Part shown: positions 53,999-64,000 of the stretch, piece by piece
Layout of the letters: the number at the start of each line of letters is the position of its first letter
Numbering within the stretch: the stretch's first letter is position 1
Origin: Lytechinus pictus
Lineage: Eukaryota
DNA: 64,000 nt
Direction: 5' to 3'
Assembly (NCBI RefSeq): GCF_037042905.1
Contig: NC_087263.1
Coordinates: 12,650,001 to 12,714,000 of the forward strand
Notes under the pieces: generated by a model
The model's input: only the letters and a program-made list of their open reading frames with translations
Told to the model about the DNA's origin: nothing
Database searches by the model: none
Position numbers and translations under genes: made by a program

Positions 53999-54778
53999 CT
54001 CGTATCTAACTGGGGAATGGGTCAATTTGACCCCCCCCCCCCGACAAATTCCATCGCTATGCCGTCACGCGAATTTTTTTTACCGCGCCGCTTGCTGACT
54101 TTTTACTTTCAAGTCTTCCGCATCTTTTCAGACCAAGTTTGCAACCCCTGGGTACGCAGTTTCAAAATTACGCTGCAACATTTTATATCAATATAAAGTG
54201 CATGTCAGAACCAAAATTGCTCAAAAACGTGATTCCGTGTACAAAGTCAATGCAAATTGGATTTTTCAACCAAAAATAATAAATATTAGATTATTTTTAC
54301 TTTTGTTGGTTTAAGTGGATTTATTTTATGCTATTTATGATCGCAAAAGGGTCCCCAACAAAGTTCATTGGAAAAGCAATAAAAAACAAAGGTTTGAAAA
54401 AAAAATAAATGCATAAGAATTTAAAAACAAAATACATAAGATATTGATTATATTTTGGCAAGTTTTTTGTTGATATTTGTTAGAAAATATAAAAATTGAC
54501 TCTCACCAAAAATTAGCCTTCTACTAGCTAAATAAAGTGAGTTATAGGCAATAAACAAATTGAGGGCAAATTTCATATGCTTATTTGCATAATTAATTAA
54601 TGAAAAAATATAAACAATTAATATTTTGAAAATTTTACTCAGCAGTCTTGCAGTTTTCATTCAGCTCTACGTGCGTCCAAATTTATGCGGCGATCACGCA
54701 ATCAGCGGCCAAGATCTGATGGGGATCAAATTGACCCCCCAGTATATCCTGGTCTGAAATAGCCCAGTTAAAATAGGG
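53999..54778. mobile_element. piggyBac-like MITE nested in the hAT-like element
   Basis: TTAA both sides; host sequence is contiguous in the paralog at about 39260-39290. Confidence 0.8.
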
Positions 54779-55135
54779 TTAAAAGAATCTGCCACGTACA
54801 TGTATGAAGCACAGGATCTTGAGTAATCCGAACTCAATATATTGTAACTTCTTTTCGTTTGTGTGTGTGTTGTTTTTTTGTATTGTGTTGTATTCTTTCT
54901 TTTCAATTTCATATATGCAGGCCTGCAGTTTGGAGAATGAACCCGGCCCGGCTCGCAACCCGTCATCAGGAGCATACCGGCAAGTCAACCCTTACCCGTT
55001 GCGGTAACGGTCACAATACTATGATTAAACAGTAAAACCTCATCGTACTGTAATAATAAAGTTTCTGTAGATGTGACCGCATACTTCATTTTTAACCATT
55101 TCTTATTATTTTGTTTCTTTATTTCGTTTCAACAG

Positions 55136-55252
55136 ATGGTGGGTTTCTACCAGAGTCATATGCACTCGTGTTACCTCTACTTGGGCAGTATACTTGTGGA
55201 TGAGTACGGGCAAGAACCTGCCTGTGTTCCAGGACTTATAGATATGTTACAG
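55136..55252 (+). CDS. TNPO3: Transportin-3 exon 16 ([39 protein letters not shown])
   Basis: aacag| and CAG|gtgagg; [15 protein letters not shown] motif. Confidence 0.96.
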
Positions 55253-55939
55253 GTGAGGATGATAAGCTCGATGTCAGAGTTCAAAGGTCATTGATTGAAA
55301 CTGATGATAGGATCACATCATGAGGCTGCGCAGCCGGCCGAGTATGAGGTCTGATAGGTATGTTACAGGTGAGGGTAATAGCTCGATGTCAGAGTTCAAA
55401 GGTCATTGATGGAGAGGACTTGTAGATATGATAGATATATTACAGATGAGGACAATAGCTCTATGTCAGAGTTCAAAGGTCATTGATTGAAATTGATGAT
55501 AGAATCACATCATGGGGCTGCACAGCTGACCGAGTATGAGGTCTGATAGGTATGTTACAGGTGAGATTATGGACTGTGTCAGAGTTCAAAGGTCATTGAT
55601 GGAGAGGACTTATAGATATGATAGGTATATTACAGTTGAGGATTGACACCAAATTTGCCAGACCTGGTTCCAAAATTACCCTACATTTATGTGAAAATTA
55701 ACCCCGAAATTGATCAAATATTTGATTTCATTTACAATTCCAATGCAAATTCATAACTTCCATTATTTGTATTGATCAAAATCAAGTGATTTCATGTTTT
55801 TTTATGATCAGAAAAGTTTTGCTGACGATTTTCATTGAACAAAATATTTTAAAAAGTCGAAAAAATAAGAAATATAAGAAATTCTAAAAATCATGCAATT
55901 CATTTTTTTCACATGCCAAATAAGCCAGCAAAAGCAATA

Positions 55940-56759
55940 CAGTGCGTCCCAGAAAAAACGAAACCGAAATTTAGCGATGATTTATCATAACTTAATCATT
56001 AATAAAATAGACAAATGACCTACCAATGTAAAGCTTAGAATCTCCTCTTTCATCTGGTATTACTTAGATTATTCCTCATTCACGCATGATTGAGCAAAAA
56101 CAATTCGAAGAAAGGATGCCAAAAACTCATTTGGCGGGGGGTATCTGAATTTCAAAAAGAAAATCACATGACTAAAAAGTTCAGTATCTTCTCTTTTCTT
56201 TGATACTTAAATCACGGAAAATGGTCAAGTAGTAAAAAAGTTTTGATCCCTCGAAACAATGCTTGTATTTCCATAAGTTCATTAAATAAACGTGTTTTCA
56301 CCGGTTTCCCACTGAAGCTATCGCACGGTAACAAAAGACTTAGTGCATGGCTGATCGTCAATAAAACGGAGTGTCGAGTGAGTTTGAACGCTAGCCTGTA
56401 AAACCTCTTCATTTTATGAAATTATTGATATTCAAGCCTTATTTCAAATAACCAGAACTTTGTTATTTCTTGACCATTTTCTGCAATTGAGGTATCAAAT
56501 TAAAGAGCAGATATTGAACTTTTTAAAAATGTGGTTTTCTTTTTAAAACCCAGATACGGCCCGCCAAGTGACTTTTTGGTATCCCCTTTTCAAATTGTTT
56601 TTGCCCACTCATGCGTGAATGAGAAATAATTTAAGTAAATTTCAGATGAAAGAGGAGATTCTAAGCTTTAAAATGGTAGGTCATTTTTCTATTGTATTTG
56701 CGATTAAGTTATGATAAATCATCGATAAATCTCGGTTTCGTTTTTTGTGGGACGCACTG
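55940..56759. mobile_element. Tc1/mariner-type MITE with long TIRs
   Basis: TA|CAGTGCGTCCCA...TGGGACGCACTG|TA; imperfect inverted arms over 200 bp. Confidence 0.88.
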
Positions 56760-57142
56760 TATACATGTACATACAAACATACACATTTTAAAGTTATCAT
56801 GTACATCATGATAATAGCATTAGAAGAAATTCATCACTGATATGACAGAGATTGTTCAACTTTTCTGATCATAAAAAACATGATAGATGGTACATATAAG
56901 ATAATTATCAAAGTAACAAATACACTGTAGCTGTGATTATGAAATACAATGGCTTGTGCGTCACACCCAGAAAGGTCTGAAGACCTTCTGGCAAGGCAGC
57001 CTGAGGTAGGAAAATATAGTAATTGAAGAGAATAGCACAGTATTGGAGCAGTAGACTGGGAGAATGGTCAGCTAGAGAGAAGTCGGGAAGATATCTGGTA
57101 AAAGGAGAGAAAAGGGAAAGTGAGAAGAATAAGGTATATCGC

Positions 57143-57272
57143 TAATCAGAACCGCAATGCTTTGTGGGATTGCAAAAGGGGCCGTTGTGCACGTGCACAG
57201 TCTGCAGTGCGCGTGCGCAGAACTAGCCAACAGCCCCTTTTGCGATCCCATAATGCATTGCGGTTCTGATTA
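57143..57272. mobile_element. Small palindromic MITE
   Basis: CTAATCAGAACCGCAATGC...GCATTGCGGTTCTGATTAG. Confidence 0.7.
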
Positions 57273-57306
57273 GTGATATACCTTATGGAAAGGTAGTAAG
57301 GATTAA

Positions 57307-58063
57307 CCCTAAAATGGCCGGGGGGGTTGAATGAACCCCCCTCAACATTTTCTGCGATCATTCCGCCGCGCGAAATTTTTTGACCGCGCCATTCGCAGAG
57401 TTTATACTTTTAAGTCTCGCGCATCTTTCGAGACCAAATTTACGACGCCCGGGTACGCGGTTCCAAAATTACGCAACATTTTGTAAGTGCATGTCAAACC
57501 AAAAATTGTTCCAAAACGTGATTTTGTGTACAAAGTCAATGCAAATTGAGTTTTCTGGTCTTATTCATAAAGATATGATTATTTTTACTTTAAACAGCTG
57601 AAAGCAATTGATTTTAGCATAATTATGCTTCAAAAAGGTTGTGCAATAAATCTGGTGAAAAAAACAAAGAAAAACAAAAGGTTGAAAACAAAGAAATACA
57701 TAAGAAATTCATAAAACAATAAAATACATAAGAAATTGATTTCCAAACCGGAGTTTTTTTCAATTGCCATTGTTAAGAATGCTACAAAGAATATTTTTAC
57801 TTAAAATTAGCATTCTAGGAGCTTTATTTAGTGAATTAGTGCAAAAAGTACGATTTATGCATAAATTAGCATAATTAATTCATATAAAATAAAATCTCAT
57901 TATTTTGGAAAATTTTACCATACAGCCTTGTAGATTACATCGCACACTACCAGCGTGCAAATTTTTGCGGCACGCGTGCGATCGGCGGCCGAGATCTCAG
58001 GGGGGGGTTGAATCAACCCCCCCCCGGCCACAGAACAGCCAAAAAAGCCCGGCCTAGTTAGGG
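57307..58063. mobile_element. piggyBac-like MITE
   Basis: TTAA|CCCTAA...TTAGGG|TTAA; subterminal G/C hairpins. Confidence 0.88.
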
Positions 58064-58796
58064 TTAAGCTACAGCTCCAGGGTAGAAATGACGAGCAATA
58101 AAGACTATATAGATGTACATAGCGCTTAGTGATAATAAATATGATACATCACAATATATTTGGATAGTGATTATTATATTATGTGCATTTGATCTGAATC
58201 CTACAAGGAGTTTCTAAAGAAAAAAAAACTTCTAGAGCTTTTTTGTGGATATGCAGCCAAATTTTTGAACTGAAAATAAAATTTGAATAATTTTAGAATA
58301 GTCACATATGCAATTTATTTATATGAGCAATAGCCCCCCTTCCTCATTTTTCTAGCCCCCCCGTCTTTCTACCCTCTCCCCAGTCTTATTGCGGTTCAAA
58401 CACGTCATATTCGGGGAAAATCTGGTGTTTTGCCTTTGAGTAATAGTTGGTATGTGAAATTCAGAATATATCACTCCAAATGTGGAGGGGGGGGGGGTTG
58501 GGGGAATCACCGCCCCGCCTCCAGCCATAATATACTTTGCAACTTAAAAACTTTGAGCAGTGTCTGCTCTTAGTTTTATGCATTATCTCATGTTTATTAA
58601 GAGTGATTATCATGAATTGTTTCAATACAATTGCAGGCATTTATGGGACCAACATATACCATTCTCCATCTGCCCCGCCTCCAGCCATAATGTACTTTGC
58701 AACTTAAAAACTTTGAGCATTGTCTGCTCTTATCTTCATGCATTATCTCATGTTTATTAAGTGTGATTATCATGAATTGTTTCAATACAATTGCAG

Positions 58797-58891
58797 GCAT
58801 TTATGGCACCAACATATACGATTCTCCAAGAACCATTGGGTCTGCGCAGTCATCCAGACACAGTCGATGATTTCTTCAGGTTATGCACAAG
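58797..58891 (+). CDS. TNPO3: Transportin-3 exon 17 (AFMAPTYTILQEPLGLRSHPDTVDDFFRLCT)
   Basis: ttgcag| and AG|gtacat; HPDTVDD.FRL motif. Confidence 0.94.
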
Positions 58892-59477
58892 GTACATGTA
58901 ATTGATTTGGTAAATTGCCAATTCGTCCACTCATGACATGGTCTACCTTCATTTAGTCTAATGCCATTCCGTCCATCAACGCTTTCATTTAACAACCATT
59001 TGGTCCAATTAACATTTGGCCCAATCATCACTTTGGCTAATCACCAGTTGGTCTATGACCATTTCGTGTCATAACCAGTTGGTCTAATATTCATTTTATG
59101 TTCATTCATTTTGCCCAATTAACACTTAGTCTAATTAGACCAAATGGTATATGGACTAAACGGCTATTGGACCAACTGGTTATTAGAGGAAAAAGGTGAG
59201 TGGATATTGGACGAGCTGATGGTAGACCAAATGATAGTTGACGAGTTGGCAATTGGACGAATTGGCATTTGACCAAATGAGAATAAACCCTTTGTTTTAT
59301 GTTTTTAATTTTTGGTTTGTTTCCCAGAATGCTCCTTTATTTTAAAGTACATGTACATTTAGGATGACTGAGCAGTGTTGATTAAATGCCTTGCTCATGG
59401 GCATAAATGATATGGTCTAGGATAGATCCCCACTGTTTAATGTGTGTAGCCAGGCGCCTTAAACCACTTTATAGACC

Positions 59478-59751
59478 TGGGCCCCGTCTTACAAAGAGTT
59501 ATGATTGATCCAATCAATCGTAACTCTATGGAAATCCATCCGTGTCATTATTTTTTACAGGAAATTTGCAAAATGTCCTTTAAAAACAAAGGAGAACACA
59601 CCAAATAGTCAAGAAATCAATGAATTTATCGATATACATTCATATCTAGAATTTTTTTTTAAACGAACATGCATTTAATATGTTGACTTTGCTGGCTTTC
59701 CATAGTTGCGATTGATCGGATCGATCGCAACTCTTTGTAAGACGGGCCCCA
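59478..59751. mobile_element. MITE (GGGCCCCGTCTTACAAAGAGTT family; also about 15428-16176, 27940-28212, 43256-43530, 62410-63430, 63430-63704)
   Basis: inverted termini; multiple dispersed copies. Confidence 0.8.
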
Positions 59752-60513
59752 GGGCTCCGTTGCATAAAAATTATTCTACAACTCATGCAAATATTCTTGT
59801 AATTTTGATTGTGTTGAAAGCCATTCAATATTTGACCCATAATGTGCTGCATGCAAATTTTATTTTCCATTGCACGGCGACCATGCATTTTTTATCTGTC
59901 CATTGCACGGTTGAGCTCTCTCCCTCGGTGTATACCACTGAGCATGCGTGTATGTACATATTGCATGTGTGTGGGAGTGTTTGCGTGCATCAAAGTAAGC
60001 GCATCAACCTTACTACCCGTGCGCACTTAGATTTATGAATCAAAGCGCCTCACAAAAGAATGAAAACAATTAACTTGTTTTTTTTTCATTTCATACATGG
60101 AAAAAATAATGTTATTAGAGAAAACGAGTTGCCAGACAAAGGCAAATATATTTTAATTCCATCTGCTTTTGCTTTTTTTATTATATTTTTTCAAATGACA
60201 CGATATAAACCAAATGATGCATGTCTTCAATCGTCCATTATGCGACCTATCCATTCTTGTTGAGGCTGTGTTCAACCCATTGCACGAAGTCTAAATGGAT
60301 TGAACAGAGCCTCAACTCGAGTGAGGATAGATCGCATAATGAACTCGTGTCCATGCATCATTTGTATACTATTATGGTAACCTTGCCATCCAATTGGAAC
60401 TACTATGGTAACGCTGATCAACAGCTAATCAAAATCAAGGATTCCATGCAAGTTCCAATGGATGGCAAAGTTACCATAATGGTTACTGTCCATAACTTTT
60501 ATGCAACGGGCAT

Positions 60514-60520
60514 CGTAGTA

Positions 60521-60565
<45 letters not shown>

Positions 60566-60600
60566 CATGTAGTAGTAGTAGTAGTAGTAGTAGTAGAAGT
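60514..60600. repeat. (GTA)n microsatellite interrupted by CATGTA
   Basis: direct inspection. Confidence 0.95.
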
Positions 60601-61175
60601 TGGGGCGGGAACGGTAGTGGTAGTGGGGTTGGTGACGAAATATAATATCACACTATTGAGATAGTGAAAATGATTATGCTGTTTCATCATTTTCACAACC
60701 TCAAACATTTCTCATTGTGAATTACTATTGCCCCATTCATACACTTCTGTGTTGGTTACTCCAAAGATGTTCCCTAGCTATCTTTAAGTCTCCAGCTATG
60801 CAGTCTATACTACCAAGATCCAGACTGGGGTTCTGGTAGGCCTTGTGGTGATTTTGTGCTGTTGATAGTCGAAATAATCACACTTTTGCTCAGTTTCACA
60901 TTTTAGTCCCAAACATAACATTTTTGTTGGCTATTACTTAACACTGTCCCATTCACGCACTTCGTTTTAGGTTTAATACTCCAAAGCTGTCCCCAAGCTA
61001 TCTTTCAGTCTCCAGTTATGCTGTCTATACCACCGTGTTCCAGGTTAGGATTAGGGTATGCTTTGTGGTGATTTAATGCTGTTGATAGTGGAAATAATCA
61101 CAATTTTGCTCAATTTCACACTCTAGTCCAAACAATAAATATTAAACATGGTCCCATTCATACATTTCTGTGTAG

Positions 61176-61332
61176 GTTACTCCAGAGATGTCCCCTAGCT
61201 ATTCTTCAGTCCCCAGCTATGCAGTCTATACTACCATGTGCCATTGCAGCTGTTACACTAGACCACAGAGAGGCCAACGCTTCGGTCATGAAATTCTTCA
61301 CAGAAGTCATCCAGTGCGGAAAGGAAAGATGG
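61176..61332 (+). CDS. TNPO3: Transportin-3 exon 18 (LLQRCPLAILQSPAMQSILPCAIAAVTLDHREANASVMKFFTEVIQCGKERW); gene continues beyond the window
   Basis: tgtag| and TGG|gtgaga; TLDHR.AN.SVM.F motif. Confidence 0.93.
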
Positions 61333-61378
61333 GTGAGATTGGAAAATTAGTTCGTTATTTATTTTCACACTTGGAAAC

Positions 61379-61608
61379 CAGTGGCGTACCTAGGATTTTC
61401 CACAGGGGGGGCAAATTCATCCGCCAAAAAAAATTGACAAGAAAAAAAAGAGAAAAAAAAAGGTCTTCAAGACTCGTCAGGGGGGGGGGCAGGGATATGT
61501 CCCTTGCATGGGTTGTGACTAGTCAGGGGGGGGGGCAGGGATATGTCCCTTGCATGGGTTGTGACTAGTCAGGGGGGGGGCAGTCTGCCCCCCGTAGGTA
61601 CGCTAGTG
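61379..61608. mobile_element. hAT-like MITE
   Basis: CAGTGGCGTACCTA...TAGGTACGCTAGTG; 8-bp TSD TTGGAAAC/ATGGAAAC. Confidence 0.78.
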
Positions 61609-62565
61609 ATGGAAACGCAGTGAAGTCTGTCTATGAAGACTAACCCAAGGGAGACATGAAAAGATTTTATATCCTACATAAATTAAATCCTGTATGCTGA
61701 TTGGTTTAAATAGCATCATGTGATCAAACATATTCTCACTATTTTGCGATGATGTCGAAAATGAAACGCCCACCGAAGAAAATGTGCTATTCCGTGACGT
61801 CAATGATGGAATAGTCGACTATTCCATCATTGACGTCACAGATCATGACGGCGCAAGCACTAATACGCATTCCACGCACTGAGCGCGTAGCTAAGCGCTT
61901 CAGGAAAAGTAGGTCAGTCAGCGCAGCTGGTTTGATTCAGATTAAAAAAAGGATGAACTAAGAGTACAAGAACTAGATTATCAAGATCTATTTCTATAAC
62001 TTATTAAAGTAGGATATAAAACAAATATACAAGGCCTTTATTTCGAAAGTATAGAGGGAATTATTCATCCTCGGTTGTACTGGCATAATCACTATTTTTT
62101 CCCTCGGGGCTTCGCCCCGCGGGAAAAAGTAGTGATGCCAGTCCAACCTCGGATGAATAATTCCCGCTATACTTACTCAAAGCCTGGTATATTTGTATAT
62201 TATGAGCTGGGTCCCATAGGACAAAGGTTAGCAATCAATGGTATGCTTGATTTCTACGATTGATTTGTACATTGTAGTCAATGCAAACAATCATAGAAAA
62301 TATTCAAATGATTGCTAAACTTTGTGTTACGGGCTCCAGGTGGCTTTTCTGGAGAGTTTCCTGTTATGCATATTTTAACGGGGAATCCAATTCAAGGGAA
62401 TTCTAAATTCTGGGCTCCGTCTTTCAAAGAGTTATGGTTGATCCGATCAACCACAACTGTGGATGACCAGCAATGTAAACATCTAAAATGCAAATTGGTT
62501 CAAAATATGTTCTAGATATGATGTGTATTCATACATTCATCGTTCTCTTGAAGATTCAGTTTGAT

Positions 62566-63305
62566 CATGGACCTATGAAGAGATGGACATTCATCGCTTA
62601 CTTAATGAATTCACTAACAGGTGACTGTAATTGTCCTCTGAATAACATTCTCTTCATACTAGTCCTCTTTGGTTCAATGATCGTCACCGTGAGAAGGGAC
62701 GGAAGCAGTTCGTGACTGGACATTTATATTTCACAAATTATATGCGCAATAGACAACAAATCACTTAAATCATGGAAAATCGATGTGCAGTTCTTTTTTA
62801 CATTTGGTAATCATAGTTCCATGTGTTTTATTTGGGGAAATGTCTTCATATTGTAATATAGAGGCAATATTGTGATTGATTGTTTACCATTTAAAATTTA
62901 ATTTTCCCAAGTTTCTCCATAATATTCCAGATATACATGGTACATAACATTTATAGATCGTGTATCTCCCAATGTTATTGAGGTCCTTATGTGTGAGCGG
63001 TAGTTAGCGGATCGAATAATATCATATTTTATATCATAAAGATCGTCTGCTTTTCAAGTTTGCTGCTCCAAATATGAAGCATGTTGACTGAAAGGCACAT
63101 GCTGAAACAGGGTATCAGCCAACAAAAATCAAGACCGGGAAACTGTTCCGTCTTTGGGTGATCAGATACGTCTTGGTAGTCATGGTAATTGCTATTGTTA
63201 CAACACCTGTATGTTCTCATTAAGATGCGCATGACCAAGGAACGGTGACTATCATTGGACCAAAGAATTGCTCGCGTTAATCGTCCATCTCTTCATAGGT
63301 CCATG
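62566..63305. mobile_element. P-element-like MITE nested in another MITE
   Basis: 23-bp TIR CATGGACCTATGAAGAGATGGAC; 7-bp TSD GTTTGAT at 62559-62565 and 63306-63312. Confidence 0.8.
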
Positions 63306-64000
63306 GTTTGATGCTCTTTGTTTAATTAGAAGATTGTGCAAATTTTCTGTAGAAAAGATAGAGTATGGATTAATTTCCATACAGTTGCGATTGATTAGAT
63401 CAATCGTACCTCTTTGTAAGATGGGGCCCTGGGCCCGTGGTACAAAGAGTTACGATTGATCCGATCAATCGTAACTCTATGGAAATCCATCAATGTCATA
63501 ATTTTCTCTACAGGAAATTTGCAAAAATGTCCTTTGTAATCAAAGGAGAACACCCCAAATTGTCAAGAAATCAATGAATTTATGGATATGCATTCATATC
63601 TAGAATTTTTTTTGAACAAACATGCTTTTCGTATGTTGACTTTGCTGGCTGGCCATAGTTACGATTGATCAGATCAATTGTACCTCTTTGTAAGACGGGG
63701 CCCTGGTCTTTATTGACAGGTAGTCCCTTTATACAAGCGGTTGCTGAAACAGGTTTGAATGTACAATGATTCATAGTAAGAGCTTCATTATCAAAGATGT
63801 TGGGAAGTTATAAAAATACCCCTAAGCTTGTAAGATATTTTCTGAACATTATGTCAAAATCTATCACAAATTAGATACTTACAAGTATTAAAAACTTCAA
63901 AATTGTTGCTCGCTTGCTTTGCTCCCGTGCAGCTTTTTAGAAACTGAACCCCACGCACCATGTCTGGTCCCCTGAAAATGTTATATATTACCTGTACAAT

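Larger units (their letters stand above)
52622..55021. mobile_element. Diverged copy of the 37912 hAT-like element carrying two nested MITEs
   Basis: shared subterminal blocks (ccgtaccgtcccgtataatcc, cacaagacaaaaatacgcc, cggcccgg..cgcaaccc); degenerate TIR. Confidence 0.75.

Overview
AT-rich, intron-rich animal genomic DNA. The repeat landscape suggests an echinoderm or other marine deuterostome, probably a sea urchin (inference). Two spliced protein-coding genes lie in tandem on the + strand. (1) The last seven coding exons of a JIP1/2-like JNK scaffold (MAPK8IP1/2; 844-9394) encode a Pro/Ser-rich linker, SH3 and PTB domains, and the C-terminal PTEDIYLE kinesin-light-chain motif. (2) The first 18 coding exons of transportin-3 (TNPO3; ATG 19825 to 61332) continue past the window. 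All exons were rebuilt by hand with GT-AG borders and consistent phases. Introns are packed with non-autonomous elements: tRNA-derived SINEs, hAT-, Tc1/mariner-, piggyBac-, Kolobok-, Harbinger- and P-like MITEs, Helentron/HINE-like tandem-repeat elements, and a foldback element, often nested. No transposase or reverse transcriptase ORF was found. Main findings: (a) about 27 TACATGTA palindromes that paralog comparison shows are CATGTA insertions at TA sites, i.e. probable Tc1/mariner excision scars, two of them inside TNPO3 splice donors; (b) repeated degenerate tandem echoes of exon edges with their splice sites, including a possible alternative JIP last exon lacking the kinesin motif; (c) a minimal hammerhead ribozyme motif in a JIP intron; (d) a five-level transposon nest.
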